A DNA stretch of 64,000 bases from Streptococcus mitis (GCA_963515455.1 CAUPXP010000007.1:19879-83878), one strand, 5' to 3'; positions 32,797 through 45,640 are shown, counted from the first letter of the stretch. Notes: generated by a model from the sequence alone, not told the origin. A program made the numbers and translations.

Positions 32797-35700
32797 TTGA
32801 TCGCACAACTAGATACAAAAACAGTCTATAGTTTTATGGAAAGCGTCATTTCGATTGAAAAGTATGTGAGAGCAGCTAAAGAATACGGCTACACTCATCT
32901 GGCTATGATGGATATTGACAATCTTTATGGTGCTTTCGACTTTCTAGAGATTACAAAAAAATACGGCATTCATCCTTTACTAGGGCTTGAAATGACTCTT
33001 TTAGTGGATGAGCAGGAAGTGAATTTGCGCTTTTTAGCTCTATCTAGTGTGGGCTATCAGCAGCTGATGAAACTCTCAACAGCCAAGATGCAGGGGGAGA
33101 AAAGTTGGTCAGTCCTGTCCCAGTATCTGGAGGATATTGCGGTCATTGTGCCTTATTTTGAAGAGATTGAGTCTCTAAATCTAGGCTGTGATTATTATAT
33201 TGGAGTTTATCCAGAAACACTGACAAGCGAATTTCATCGTCCTATTTTGCCCCTCTATCGGGTCAACGCTTTTGAAAGCAGGGATAGAGAAGTTCTTCAA
33301 GTATTAACAGCGATTAAAGAAAATCTACCGCTCAGAGAAGTTCCCTTGCGCTCACGACAAGATGTCCTTATATCAGCAAGTTCTTTAGAGAAATTATTCC
33401 AAGAACGTTTTCCTCAAGCCTTGGAAAACTTAGAAAAGCTTATTTCAGGTATTTCTTACGATTTGGATACTAGTTTGAAACTGCCTCGTTTTAACCCAGC
33501 TAGACCAGCAGTAGAAGAGTTGAGAGAACGCGCTGAGCTTGGGCTTGCCCAGAAGGGATTGTCTAGTAAAGAATATCAAGATCGACTAGACCAAGAATTG
33601 GCTGTTATTCATGATATGGGCTTTGATGATTATTTCTTGGTTGTCTGGGATTTGCTGCGTTTTGGACGTTCGAATGGCTATTATATGGGAATGGGACGGG
33701 GTTCTGCAGTAGGTAGCTTGGTTTCCTATGCCTTGGATATTACAGGGATTGACCCAGTAGAGAAAAATCTGATTTTTGAACGTTTCCTCAATCGTGAACG
33801 CTATACCATGCCTGATATTGATATTGATATCCCAGATATTTATCGTCCAGATTTTATCAGGTATGTTGGCAATAAATATGGTAGTAAACATGCGGCACAA
33901 ATCGTTACTTTTTCAACTTTTGGAGCCAAGCAAGCTCTACGAGATGTATTGAAACGCTTTGGTGTGCCAGAGTATGAATTGTCTGCAATTACCAAGAAAA
34001 TCAGTTTTCGTGACAATCTCAAGTCGGCCTATGAGGGTAACCTCCAGTTTCGTCAGCAAATCAATAGTAAGTTAGAATACCAAAAAGCCTTTGAAATTGC
34101 TTGCAAGATAGAGGGCTACCCAAGACAAACCTCTGTCCATGCGGCTGGTGTTGTGATTAGCGACCAGGATTTGACCAACTATATCCCTCTGAAGCACGGT
34201 GATGAAATTCCACTGACTCAGTATGATGCTCATGGAGTTGAAGCCAGTGGGCTTTTGAAGATGGATTTTCTGGGACTGCGAAATTTGACCTTTGTCCAGA
34301 AGATGCAAGAGTTGCTTGCTGAATCAGAAGGTATTCATCTGAAAATAGAAGAAATTGATTTGGAAGACAAAGAAACGCTGGCTTTATTTGCTTCTGGCAA
34401 TACAAAAGGTATCTTTCAATTTGAACAACCTGGTGCCATTCGCCTGCTCAAGCGTGTGCAGCCAGTCTGTTTTGAAGATGTCGTAGCAACTACTTCCCTA
34501 AATCGACCAGGTGCTAGTGATTATATCAATAATTTTGTAGCTAGAAAACATGGGCAGGAAGAAGTGACTGTTCTGGATCCAGTACTAGAGGATATTTTGG
34601 CTCCAACCTACGGAATTATGCTCTATCAGGAGCAGGTTATGCAGGTGGCTCAGCGATTTGCCGGATTTACTCTTGGGAAAGCCGATATTTTGCGCCGAGC
34701 TATGGGGAAAAAGGATGCCTCTGCTATGCATGAGATGAGGGCTTCCTTTATTCAAGGTTCATTAGAAGCGGGACATACTGCGGAAAAGGCAGAGCAGGTC
34801 TTTGATGTTATGGAGAAGTTTGCAGGCTATGGTTTTAACAGGTCACATGCCTATGCATACTCAGCCTTGGCCTTCCAGTTGGCTTATTTCAAAACGCATT
34901 ATCCAGCCATTTTTTATCAGGTCATGTTGAATTCTGTCAACAGTGATTACTTAACAGATGCCTTAGAAGCAGGCTTTGAAGTAGCGCCTCTGTCCATAAA
35001 TACCATTCCCTATCACGATAAAATTGCCAACAAGTCTATCTATCTAGGATTGAAATCGATTAAGGGAGTCAGCAATGATCTGGCTCTATGGATTCTTGAA
35101 AACAGACCCTATTCTAACATTGAAGATTTTATAGCTAAATTACCTGAAAATTATTTGAAACTTCCTCTGCTAGAACCTTTGGTAAAAGTTGGTCTTTTCG
35201 ATTTATTTGAAAAAAATCGTCAAAAAGTATTCAATAATTTAGCTAATCTATTTGAATTTGTAAAAGAGTTAGGAAGTTTGTTTGGAGATACTATTTATAG
35301 CTGGCAGGAATCGGAAGATTGGACGGAACAAGAAAAATTCTATATAGAACAAGAGCTTTTAGGGATAGGTGTCAGCAAACATCCCCTACAAGCTATTGCA
35401 AGTAAGGCTATTTACCCGATTACCCCAATTGGGAATTTGTCAGAAAATAGTTACGCTATTATTTTGGTTGAAGTTCAGAAGATAAAAGTAATTCGTACCA
35501 AAAAGGGCGAAAACATGGCTTTCTTACAGGTAGATGATAGTAAGAAAAAATTGGATGTCACTCTCTTTTCAGACTTATATCGTCAGGTTGGGCAGGAAAT
35601 AAAAGAGGGAGCCTTCTACTATATAAAAGGAAAGATCCAGTCACGTGATGGCCGTCTGCAAATGATTGCACAAGAAATAAGAGAAGCAGTTGCTGAACGC

Positions 35701-35898
35701 TTTTGGATACAGGTAAAAAATCATGAATCGGATCAAGAAATTTCACGTATTTTAGACCAATATAAAGGTTCAATCCCAGTCATTATCAGGTATGAAGAGG
35801 AACAGAAAACAATCGTTTCTCCCCATCATTTTGTAGCTAAATCCAATGAATTAGAAGCGAAGTTGAATGAAATCGTTATGAAAACGATTTATCGCTAA
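32797..35898 (+). CDS. dnaE: DNA polymerase III alpha subunit DnaE
   Basis: PHP domain start (M/L)IAQLDTKTVYSFMES. TTG 32797 lies 7 nt after AGGAGAAG. An extended -10 TGgTATAAT at 32758-32766 makes the track GTG at 32770 unlikely to be transcribed with a leader. Confidence 0.9.
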   Translation: MIAQLDTKTVYSFMESVISIEKYVRAAKEYGYTHLAMMDIDNLYGAFDFLEITKKYGIHPLLGLEMTLLVDEQEVNLRFLALSSVGYQQLMKLSTAKMQGEKSWSVLSQYLEDIAVIVPYFEEIESLNLGCDYYIGVYPETLTSEFHRPILPLYRVNAFESRDREVLQVLTAIKENLPLREVPLRSRQDVLISASSLEKLFQERFPQALENLEKLISGISYDLDTSLKLPRFNPARPAVEELRERAELGLAQKGLSSKEYQDRLDQELAVIHDMGFDDYFLVVWDLLRFGRSNGYYMGMGRGSAVGSLVSYALDITGIDPVEKNLIFERFLNRERYTMPDIDIDIPDIYRPDFIRYVGNKYGSKHAAQIVTFSTFGAKQALRDVLKRFGVPEYELSAITKKISFRDNLKSAYEGNLQFRQQINSKLEYQKAFEIACKIEGYPRQTSVHAAGVVISDQDLTNYIPLKHGDEIPLTQYDAHGVEASGLLKMDFLGLRNLTFVQKMQELLAESEGIHLKIEEIDLEDKETLALFASGNTKGIFQFEQPGAIRLLKRVQPVCFEDVVATTSLNRPGASDYINNFVARKHGQEEVTVLDPVLEDILAPTYGIMLYQEQVMQVAQRFAGFTLGKADILRRAMGKKDASAMHEMRASFIQGSLEAGHTAEKAEQVFDVMEKFAGYGFNRSHAYAYSALAFQLAYFKTHYPAIFYQVMLNSVNSDYLTDALEAGFEVAPLSINTIPYHDKIANKSIYLGLKSIKGVSNDLALWILENRPYSNIEDFIAKLPENYLKLPLLEPLVKVGLFDLFEKNRQKVFNNLANLFEFVKELGSLFGDTIYSWQESEDWTEQEKFYIEQELLGIGVSKHPLQAIASKAIYPITPIGNLSENSYAIILVEVQKIKVIRTKKGENMAFLQVDDSKKKLDVTLFSDLYRQVGQEIKEGAFYYIKGKIQSRDGRLQMIAQEIREAVAERFWIQVKNHESDQEISRILDQYKGSIPVIIRYEEEQKTIVSPHHFVAKSNELEAKLNEIVMKTIYR

Positions 35899-35974
35899 AA
35901 ATACGGAAAATAGAAGAATTTTAAAATCAAATGTGATATAATTAATAAGAATGTTAAAAGAAAAAGGAGCATAA

Positions 35975-36988
<1,014 letters not shown>

Positions 36989-37046
36989 TTTACAATTTAG
37001 TTAATAAGACCAAAAAGGTCATATATATAAAGGAGTCACAAAAATC

Positions 37047-38552
37047 ATGAACAAACGTGTAAAAATCGTTGCAACTTTGGGTCCTGCGGTAGAAATCCGT
37101 GGTGGTAAAAAATTCGGTGAGGACGGATACTGGGGTGAAAAACTTGATGTTGAAGCTTCAGCTAAAAACATTGCTAAATTGATTGAAGCTGGTGCTAACA
37201 CATTCCGTTTCAACTTCTCACACGGTGACCACCAAGAACAAGGTGAGCGTATGGCAACTGTTAAACTTGCTGAAAAACTTGCAGGTAAAAAAGTTGGTTT
37301 CCTTCTTGATACAAAAGGACCAGAAATCCGTACAGAATTGTTCGAAGGTGAAGCTAAAGAGTATTCATACAAAACTGGTGAGAAAATCCGTGTTGCAACT
37401 AAACAAGGAATCAAATCAACTCGTGAAGTGATTGCATTGAACGTTGCTGGTGCTCTTGATATCTATGATGATGTTGAAGTTGGTCGTCAAGTTTTGGTTG
37501 ACGATGGTAAACTTGGTCTTCGTGTGGTTGCTAAAGATGACGCAACTCGTGAATTTGAAGTTGAAGTTGAAAACGATGGTATCATCGCTAAACAAAAAGG
37601 TGTGAACATTCCTAACACTAAAATTCCTTTCCCAGCTCTTGCTGAACGCGATAACGACGATATCCGTTTCGGTCTTGAACAAGGTATCAACTTCATCGCT
37701 ATTTCATTCGTACGTACTGCAAAAGACGTGAATGAAGTTCGTGCAATCTGTGAAGAAACTGGAAACGGACACGTTCAATTGTTCGCTAAAATCGAAAACC
37801 AACAAGGTATCGACAACTTGGATGAAATCATCGAAGCTGCTGATGGTATCATGATCGCTCGTGGTGACATGGGTATCGAAGTACCATTCGAAATGGTTCC
37901 AGTTTACCAAAAAATGATCATCACTAAAGTAAACGCTGCTGGTAAAGTTGTTATCACTGCAACAAACATGCTTGAAACAATGACTGAAAAACCACGTGCA
38001 ACTCGTTCAGAAGTATCAGACGTATTTAACGCTGTTATCGACGGAACTGACGCTACAATGCTTTCAGGTGAGTCTGCAAACGGTAAATACCCACTTGAGT
38101 CAGTAACTACAATGGCTACAATCGATAAGAACGCTCAAACTCTTCTTAACGAATACGGACGTTTGAACTCAGATTCATTCGAACGTAACTCTAAGACAGA
38201 AGTAATGGCTTCAGCTGTTAAAGATGCTACTAACTCAATGGACATTAAATTGGTTGTAACTCTTACTAAGACAGGTCACACTGCACGTTTGATCTCTAAA
38301 TACCGTCCAAATGCTGACATCTTGGCATTGACATTCGACGAATTGACAGAACGTGGATTGATGTTGAACTGGGGTGTTATCCCAATGTTGACAGATGCTC
38401 CATCTTCAACTGACGATATGTTCGAAATTGCTGAACGTAAAGCAGTCGAAGCAGGTCTTGTACAATCTGGTGACGATATCGTTATCGTAGCTGGTGTACC
38501 ACTTGGAGAAGCTGTTCGTACAAACACAATGCGTATCCGTACAGTACGTTAA
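37047..38552 (+). CDS. pyk: Pyruvate kinase
   Basis: 501 aa with IVATLGPA, NFSHG and MIARGDMGIEVP motifs. Confidence 0.97.
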   Translation: MNKRVKIVATLGPAVEIRGGKKFGEDGYWGEKLDVEASAKNIAKLIEAGANTFRFNFSHGDHQEQGERMATVKLAEKLAGKKVGFLLDTKGPEIRTELFEGEAKEYSYKTGEKIRVATKQGIKSTREVIALNVAGALDIYDDVEVGRQVLVDDGKLGLRVVAKDDATREFEVEVENDGIIAKQKGVNIPNTKIPFPALAERDNDDIRFGLEQGINFIAISFVRTAKDVNEVRAICEETGNGHVQLFAKIENQQGIDNLDEIIEAADGIMIARGDMGIEVPFEMVPVYQKMIITKVNAAGKVVITATNMLETMTEKPRATRSEVSDVFNAVIDGTDATMLSGESANGKYPLESVTTMATIDKNAQTLLNEYGRLNSDSFERNSKTEVMASAVKDATNSMDIKLVVTLTKTGHTARLISKYRPNADILALTFDELTERGLMLNWGVIPMLTDAPSSTDDMFEIAERKAVEAGLVQSGDDIVIVAGVPLGEAVRTNTMRIRTVR

Positions 38553-38564
38553 TTAAAATGAAAA

Positions 38565-38611
38565 AGCCTATCATATCAAGCCTTATAGCCTGTATGATGG
38601 GCTCTTTTTTT
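38565..38611 (+). terminator. pfkA-pyk intrinsic terminator
   Basis: Stem AGCCTATCATA/TATGATGGGCT (one G-U pair), followed by a T-run at 38604-38611. Confidence 0.8.
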
Positions 38612-38823
38612 GTCTATGGAGCACAAATGGGGCAAAACTTTTTACTTTCGATTTAATGCGACGGTATCAAGTGCGTCAAATACTGCTTGCTCCAGACTTT
38701 TTGTAACGTGAGTATAGATCTAATTGGTAGTTTTCGGATTTATGCTCAAACTGTGACATGATAGCTTTTAAAGTTATGTTGTTTTTACGTAAACTTCATA
38801 AAATGTTTAGTTCAAATACAGAT

Positions 38824-38854
38824 AAAAAATAACTCCTTGATGATTCAAGGAGTT
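38824..38854 (-). terminator. ldh intrinsic terminator
   Basis: Perfect 10-bp stem AACTCCTTGA/TCAAGGAGTT with a 4-nt loop. The plus-strand A-run 38824-38830 gives the minus-strand T-run. Confidence 0.85.
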
Positions 38855-38867
38855 GTCTATAGTTAAA

Positions 38868-39896
<1,029 letters not shown>

Positions 39897-40048
39897 TTAT
39901 TTTAATTCTATCACTTTTAAAAAGCTTTGTCACGAATATGCCTTTCAGTTCTTGATGTAAACGTTTTAGCTAATTTGGATACCTGAAATATGGCGGACAT
40001 TATGGTATAATATTATTAATTACTAATAGTGAAATGAGGCATTTATTA

Positions 40049-42517
40049 ATGCAGGATAGAAATTTAGTGAATGTCAATCTGACAAAGGAGATGAAGACGA
40101 GCTTTATCGATTACGCCATGAGTGTTATCGTAGCCCGGGCTCTTCCTGATGTTCGAGATGGCTTGAAACCTGTTCACCGTCGAATTCTCTACGGAATGAA
40201 TGAATTGGGTGTTACTCCAGACAAACCTCATAAAAAATCTGCTCGTATTACAGGAGACGTCATGGGTAAATACCACCCACACGGGGATTCCTCTATTTAT
40301 GAAGCCATGGTTCGTATGGCTCAATGGTGGAGTTACCGTTACATGCTTGTAGATGGGCATGGAAACTTTGGTTCCATGGATGGTGATGGTGCTGCCGCCC
40401 AGCGTTACACTGAGGCACGTATGAGCAAGATTGCTCTAGAGATGCTTCGTGATATCAATAAAAATACGGTTGACTTCGTTGATAACTATGATGCCAATGA
40501 ACGTGAACCCTTGGTTTTGCCAGCTCGTTTTCCAAACCTTTTGGTCAATGGAGCAACTGGTATCGCTGTTGGTATGGCAACCAATATTCCACCTCATAAC
40601 CTGGGTGAGACCATTGATGCAGTGAAGTTGGTCATGGACAATCCTGAAGTGACTACCAAGGACTTGATGGAAGTCTTGCCTGGTCCAGATTTTCCAACAG
40701 GTGCCCTTGTCATGGGGAAATCAGGCATTCATAAGGCTTATGAAACGGGTAAAGGTTCTATTGTCCTACGTTCTCGTACCGAAATCGAAGAAACTAAGAC
40801 TGGCCGTGAGCGCATTGTTGTAACAGAATTTCCTTATATGGTCAACAAAACCAAGGTGCATGAGCATATTGTTCGCTTGGTTCAGGAAAAACGCATTGAG
40901 GGGATTACAGCAGTACGTGATGAGTCAAACCGTGAAGGTGTTCGATTTGTTATTGAAGTCAAGCGCGATGCCTCAGCCAATGTTATCCTCAATAACCTCT
41001 TTAAGATGACCCAGATGCAAACCAACTTTGGTTTCAATATGCTTGCTATCCAAAATGGTGTACCGAAGATTTTATCCCTTCGTCAGATTTTGGATGCTTA
41101 TATCGAGCACCAAAAAGAAGTAGTTGTTCGTCGGACACGTTTTGATAAGGAAAAAGCGGAAGCACGCGCTCATATCTTAGAAGGTCTCTTAATTGCGCTA
41201 GACCATATCGATGAAGTGATTCGTATCATCCGTGCTAGTGAAACGGATGCGGAAGCACAAGCGGAGTTGATGAGTAAGTTCAAGCTTTCTGAACGACAAA
41301 GTCAGGCTATCCTAGACATGCGTCTTCGTCGTTTGACAGGTTTGGAACGTGATAAGATTCAGTCTGAGTATGATGACTTGTTGGCTCTGATTGCGGATTT
41401 GGCGGATATTCTTGCTAAGCCAGAACGTGTTTCTCAAATCATCAAAGACGAATTGGATGAAGTTAAGCGTAAGTTTGGCGACCAACGTCGTACGGAATTG
41501 ATGGTCGGTGAAGTCTTAAGCCTCGAAGATGAGGACCTGATTGAAGAATCGGATGTCTTAATTACACTGTCAAACAAAGGTTACATCAAACGTCTGGACC
41601 AAGCTGAGTTTACCGCTCAAAAACGTGGTGGACGTGGTGTTCAAGGGACAGGCGTTAAGGATGACGATTTTGTTCGTGAGTTAGTGTCGACTAGCACCCA
41701 TGATCACCTGCTCTTCTTCACAAATAAAGGACGTGTCTATCGCCTGAAAGGTTATGAAATTCCTGAGTATGGTCGGATGGCCAAAGGACTACCAGTAGTT
41801 AATCTCTTGAAATTGGATGAAGGCGAAAGTATTCAGACTATTATCAATGTTGAGTCTGAACGCAGTGATGATGCTTATCTCTTCTTTACAACCCGTCATG
41901 GTATTGTGAAGAGAACGAGCGTTAAGGAATTTGCTAACATTCGTCAAAATGGACTTAAAGCACTGAACCTAAAAGATGAAGATGAGTTGATTAATGTCTT
42001 GTTGACGGAAGAAGATACGGATATTATTATTGGTACCAAGTTTGGTTATGCAGTTCGTTTTAATCAATCAGCTGTTCGTGGCATGAGTCGTATCGCCACA
42101 GGTGTGAAAGGTGTGAATCTCCGTGAGGGAGACACAGTAGTTGGTGCTAGCGTAATTACTGATCAAGACGAGGTTCTTATCATTACTGAAAAAGGATATG
42201 GTAAGCGTACAGTCGCGACTGAATATCCAACAAAAGGTCGTGGTGGTAAAGGGATGAAGACGGCTAATGTGGCTGAAAAAAATGGTCCTCTATCAGGTCT
42301 CTTGACTGTGAAAGGTGATGAAGACTTGATGATTATCACTGATACAGGTGTCATGATTCGAACCAATGTTGCCAATATTTCACAAACAGGACGCTCAACT
42401 ATGGGAGTTAAAGTAATGCGTCTGGATCAAGATGCTAAAATTGTGACCTTTACAACGGTTGCAGCGGCAGAAAAAGAAGAAGTTGGGACAGAAAACGAAA
42501 CAGAAGGTGAAGCATAA
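40049..42517 (+). CDS. gyrA: DNA gyrase subunit A
   Basis: 822 aa from [15 protein letters not shown] sequence [13 protein letters not shown]. Catalytic Tyr context [10 protein letters not shown]. Confidence 0.97.
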   Translation: MQDRNLVNVNLTKEMKTSFIDYAMSVIVARALPDVRDGLKPVHRRILYGMNELGVTPDKPHKKSARITGDVMGKYHPHGDSSIYEAMVRMAQWWSYRYMLVDGHGNFGSMDGDGAAAQRYTEARMSKIALEMLRDINKNTVDFVDNYDANEREPLVLPARFPNLLVNGATGIAVGMATNIPPHNLGETIDAVKLVMDNPEVTTKDLMEVLPGPDFPTGALVMGKSGIHKAYETGKGSIVLRSRTEIEETKTGRERIVVTEFPYMVNKTKVHEHIVRLVQEKRIEGITAVRDESNREGVRFVIEVKRDASANVILNNLFKMTQMQTNFGFNMLAIQNGVPKILSLRQILDAYIEHQKEVVVRRTRFDKEKAEARAHILEGLLIALDHIDEVIRIIRASETDAEAQAELMSKFKLSERQSQAILDMRLRRLTGLERDKIQSEYDDLLALIADLADILAKPERVSQIIKDELDEVKRKFGDQRRTELMVGEVLSLEDEDLIEESDVLITLSNKGYIKRLDQAEFTAQKRGGRGVQGTGVKDDDFVRELVSTSTHDHLLFFTNKGRVYRLKGYEIPEYGRMAKGLPVVNLLKLDEGESIQTIINVESERSDDAYLFFTTRHGIVKRTSVKEFANIRQNGLKALNLKDEDELINVLLTEEDTDIIIGTKFGYAVRFNQSAVRGMSRIATGVKGVNLREGDTVVGASVITDQDEVLIITEKGYGKRTVATEYPTKGRGGKGMKTANVAEKNGPLSGLLTVKGDEDLMIITDTGVMIRTNVANISQTGRSTMGVKVMRLDQDAKIVTFTTVAAAEKEEVGTENETEGEA

Positions 42518-43260
42518 TGTCTCAAAAAAATAATAAGAAGAAAAACAAACGAAAAAATCTGCTGACAAATATCCTAGCAGGATTTCTGATACTACTATCA
42601 ATTGCTTTGATTTTTAATGCTAAAATTCGTGATATTTTCATAGTTTGGAATACCAATAAGTACCAAGTTAGTCAGGTATCAAAAGAAAAAATAGAAGAAA
42701 ATCAGGATACAGAAGGAAATTTTGATTTTGATTCTGTCAATGCAATCTCTTCTGAAGCGGTTCTAGCTTCTCAATGGGATGCTCAAAAATTACCAGTTAT
42801 CGGCGGAATTGCAGTCCCTGAATTAGAAATGAATCTGCCAATTTTTAAAGGGCTTGATAATGTCAATCTCTTCTATGGTGCTGGTACCATGAAACGCGAT
42901 CAAGTGATGGGGAAAGGAAATTATAGTCTAGCTAGTCATCATATTTTTGGTGTCAATAATGCTAATAAAATGTTATTTTCTCCTTTGGATAACGCTAAAA
43001 ATGGTATGAAGATTTATCTAACCGATAAAAATAAAGTTTATACTTATGAAATACGTGAAGTCAAACGTGTTACACCGGATCGTGTTGATGAAGTTGATGA
43101 TAGAGATGGGGTAAATGAGATTACATTAGTAACCTGTGAAGACCTTGCTGCTACAGAACGTATTATTGTAAAAGGCGATTTGAAAGAAACAAAAGAATAT
43201 TCACAAACATCTGATGAAATCCTAACAGCTTTCAATCAACCATATAAACAATTTTATTAA
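42517..43260 (+). CDS. srtA: Class A sortase
   Basis: 247 aa with an N-terminal TM anchor and catalytic TLVTC motif. The ATG overlaps the gyrA stop (TAATG). Confidence 0.93.
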   Translation: MSQKNNKKKNKRKNLLTNILAGFLILLSIALIFNAKIRDIFIVWNTNKYQVSQVSKEKIEENQDTEGNFDFDSVNAISSEAVLASQWDAQKLPVIGGIAVPELEMNLPIFKGLDNVNLFYGAGTMKRDQVMGKGNYSLASHHIFGVNNANKMLFSPLDNAKNGMKIYLTDKNKVYTYEIREVKRVTPDRVDEVDDRDGVNEITLVTCEDLAATERIIVKGDLKETKEYSQTSDEILTAFNQPYKQFY

Positions 43261-43265
43261 TACAA

Positions 43266-43298
43266 ATCAGTGAAATCCTGGATTTCACTGATTTTTTT
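43266..43298 (+). terminator. gyrA-srtA intrinsic terminator
   Basis: Stem ATCAGTGAAATCC/GGATTTCACTGAT, followed by a T7 run. Confidence 0.8.
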
Positions 43299-43400
43299 AA
43301 GATTTTCATAAAAATAAACTTTTATGAAATACAGAAAACGCTTCCTAAATTCAAAAGTTTGTGATATAATTATCAGGTAAAAAATTTTTAGGAGTTTATT

Positions 43401-44198
43401 ATGGTTTCTTCAGAATTTATCTCAAAGATTGAATTTGCTTGCAAGAAGAAGGAAAGTCTTTATAGTCAAAGCAAATTTAAGTATGCGATTCGTTCTATGT
43501 TCGCAGGTGCATTTTTAACCTTCAGTACAGCTGCTGGTGCAGTTGGGGCTGACTTGATTAATAAAATTGCACCAGGTAGTGGACGCTTCCTCTTCCCCTT
43601 TGTCTTTGCTTGGGGATTGGCCTACATTGTTTTTTTGAATGCCGAGTTGGTAACATCAAACATGATGTTCTTGACTGCAGGTAGTTTCTTGAAAAAAATT
43701 TCTTGGAGAAAAACAGCTGAGATTTTACTTTACTGTACCTTGTTCAACCTTATAGGGGCTTTGATAGCAGGTTGGGGCTTTGCCCACTCAGCAGCTTATG
43801 CGAATCTGACACACGATAGTTTCATCTCAGGTGTTGTTGAGATGAAGTTAGGTCGCTCAAATGAATTAATCTTGCTTGAGGCGATTTTGGCAAATATTTT
43901 CGTAAATATTGCGATTCTTTCATTTGTTTTGGTCAAAGATGGTGGTGCCAAACTTTGGCTTGTGTTGTCAGCTATTTACATGTTTGTATTCTTAACAAAC
44001 GAGCACATTGCGGCTAACTTTGCTTCTTTCGCGATTGTGAAATTCAGTGTTGCTGCGGATTCAATTGCTAACTTCGGTGTTGGAAATATGCTTCGCCACT
44101 GGGGTGTAACCTTCATCGGAAACTTTATTGGAGGAGGCCTCTTGATGGGTCTTCCATATGCCTTCCTCAATAAAAACGAAGATACTTATGTAGATTAA
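43401..44198 (+). CDS. Formate/nitrite transporter (FNT) family channel
   Basis: 265 aa with six hydrophobic helices and an FNT-like core (LVTSNMMFLT..., NFIGGGLLMG). RBS AGGAG. Confidence 0.85.
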   Translation: MVSSEFISKIEFACKKKESLYSQSKFKYAIRSMFAGAFLTFSTAAGAVGADLINKIAPGSGRFLFPFVFAWGLAYIVFLNAELVTSNMMFLTAGSFLKKISWRKTAEILLYCTLFNLIGALIAGWGFAHSAAYANLTHDSFISGVVEMKLGRSNELILLEAILANIFVNIAILSFVLVKDGGAKLWLVLSAIYMFVFLTNEHIAANFASFAIVKFSVAADSIANFGVGNMLRHWGVTFIGNFIGGGLLMGLPYAFLNKNEDTYVD

Positions 44199-44205
44199 GA
44201 AAATG

Positions 44206-44230
44206 AGCACGATTGAGTCGTGCTTTTTTC
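44206..44230 (+). terminator. Intrinsic terminator after the FNT gene
   Basis: Stem AGCACGA/TCGTGCT with a 5-nt loop and a T-run. Confidence 0.75.
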
Positions 44231-44345
44231 ATTTTCAAAATAAGATAATAGCTATTTCTTATATCAAAATATAGAAAACTGATATTTGTAAACTATAACT
44301 CAAGGTGCTACAATATCCTTAATGAAACTATATGGAGGTCGCCTT

Positions 44346-45626
44346 ATGACTCGTGATTTTAAATTTGAAACTCTGCAACTACATGCTGGGCAAGTAGTTG
44401 ATCCAGCTACTAAGTCTCGTGCAGTGCCGATTTATCAGACAACATCCTTTGTTTTTGATGATACGCAGGAAGGTGCCGATTTGTTTGCCTTGAGAAAACC
44501 AGGGAACATTTATACTCGTATCACCAACCCTACAACAGCTGCCTTTGAAGAAAGAATTGCTGCCCTTGAAGGTGGTGTTGGAGCTCTTGCAACAGCATCA
44601 GGTATGGCTGCAGTGACTTATACGATTTTGGCGCTTGCCCACGCTGGTGACCATGTTGTAGCAGCATCAACTATTTACGGTGGGACTTTCAATCTCTTGA
44701 AAGAAACCCTTCCTCGTTATGGGATCACAACAACCTTTGTCGATGTGGATAATTTGGAGGAAGTGGAAGCAGCTATCAATGACAATACCAAGCTTGTCTT
44801 GATTGAAACCTTGGGGAATCCCTTGATAAACATTCCTGACTTGGAAAAATTGGCTGAGATTGCGCATAAACACCAGATTCCACTCGTTTCGGATAATACC
44901 TTTGCCACACCTTACTTGATTAATGTATTTTCTCACGGTGTAGATATTGCTATTCACTCGGCGACTAAGTTTATCGGTGGGCATGGTACGACTATTGGAG
45001 GAGTGATTGTCGATAGTGGTCGTTTTGACTGGGCGGCTTCAGGGAAATTCCCTCAATTTGTTGAGGAAGACCCAAGCTATCATAACTTGAGCTATACTCG
45101 TGATGTGGGTGCGGCTGCCTTTATTATCGCTGTCCGTGTTCAATTGCTTCGTGATACAGGTGCAGCCTTGTCACCATTTAATGCCTTCTTGTTACTCCAA
45201 GGACTTGAGACACTCTCTCTTCGTGTGGAACGCCATGTGCAAAATGCAGAGAAAATTGTTGATTTTCTCGTCAACCATCCTAAGGTAGAAAAGGTAAATT
45301 ATCCAAAACTTGCAGATAGTCCTTATCATGCCTTGGCTGAGAAATACTTGCCTAAAGGTGTGGGCTCCATCTTTACCTTCCATGTCAAAGGGGGAGAGGC
45401 AGAAGCCCGCAAGGTAATTGATCATTTAGAAATCTTCTCTGATCTTGCAAATGTGGCAGATGCTAAATCGCTTGTTGTCCATCCAGCAACAACCACTCAT
45501 GGTCAATTGTCAGAAAAAGACCTAGAATCAGCAGGTGTTACACCTAACCAAATCCGTTTGTCAATCGGTCTTGAAAATGTAGAAGATTTGATTGAAGACT
45601 TGCGCTTGGCCTTGGAAAAAATTTAA
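44346..45626 (+). CDS. PLP-dependent O-acetylhomoserine/O-acetylserine sulfhydrylase (MetY/CysD family)
   Basis: MTRDFKFETLQLHAGQ start and PLP-lysine context HSATKFIGGHG. ATG 44346 lies 7 nt after GGAGG. Confidence 0.9.
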   Translation: MTRDFKFETLQLHAGQVVDPATKSRAVPIYQTTSFVFDDTQEGADLFALRKPGNIYTRITNPTTAAFEERIAALEGGVGALATASGMAAVTYTILALAHAGDHVVAASTIYGGTFNLLKETLPRYGITTTFVDVDNLEEVEAAINDNTKLVLIETLGNPLINIPDLEKLAEIAHKHQIPLVSDNTFATPYLINVFSHGVDIAIHSATKFIGGHGTTIGGVIVDSGRFDWAASGKFPQFVEEDPSYHNLSYTRDVGAAAFIIAVRVQLLRDTGAALSPFNAFLLLQGLETLSLRVERHVQNAEKIVDFLVNHPKVEKVNYPKLADSPYHALAEKYLPKGVGSIFTFHVKGGEAEARKVIDHLEIFSDLANVADAKSLVVHPATTTHGQLSEKDLESAGVTPNQIRLSIGLENVEDLIEDLRLALEKI

Positions 45627-45640
45627 AGTAAAAGAAGATA

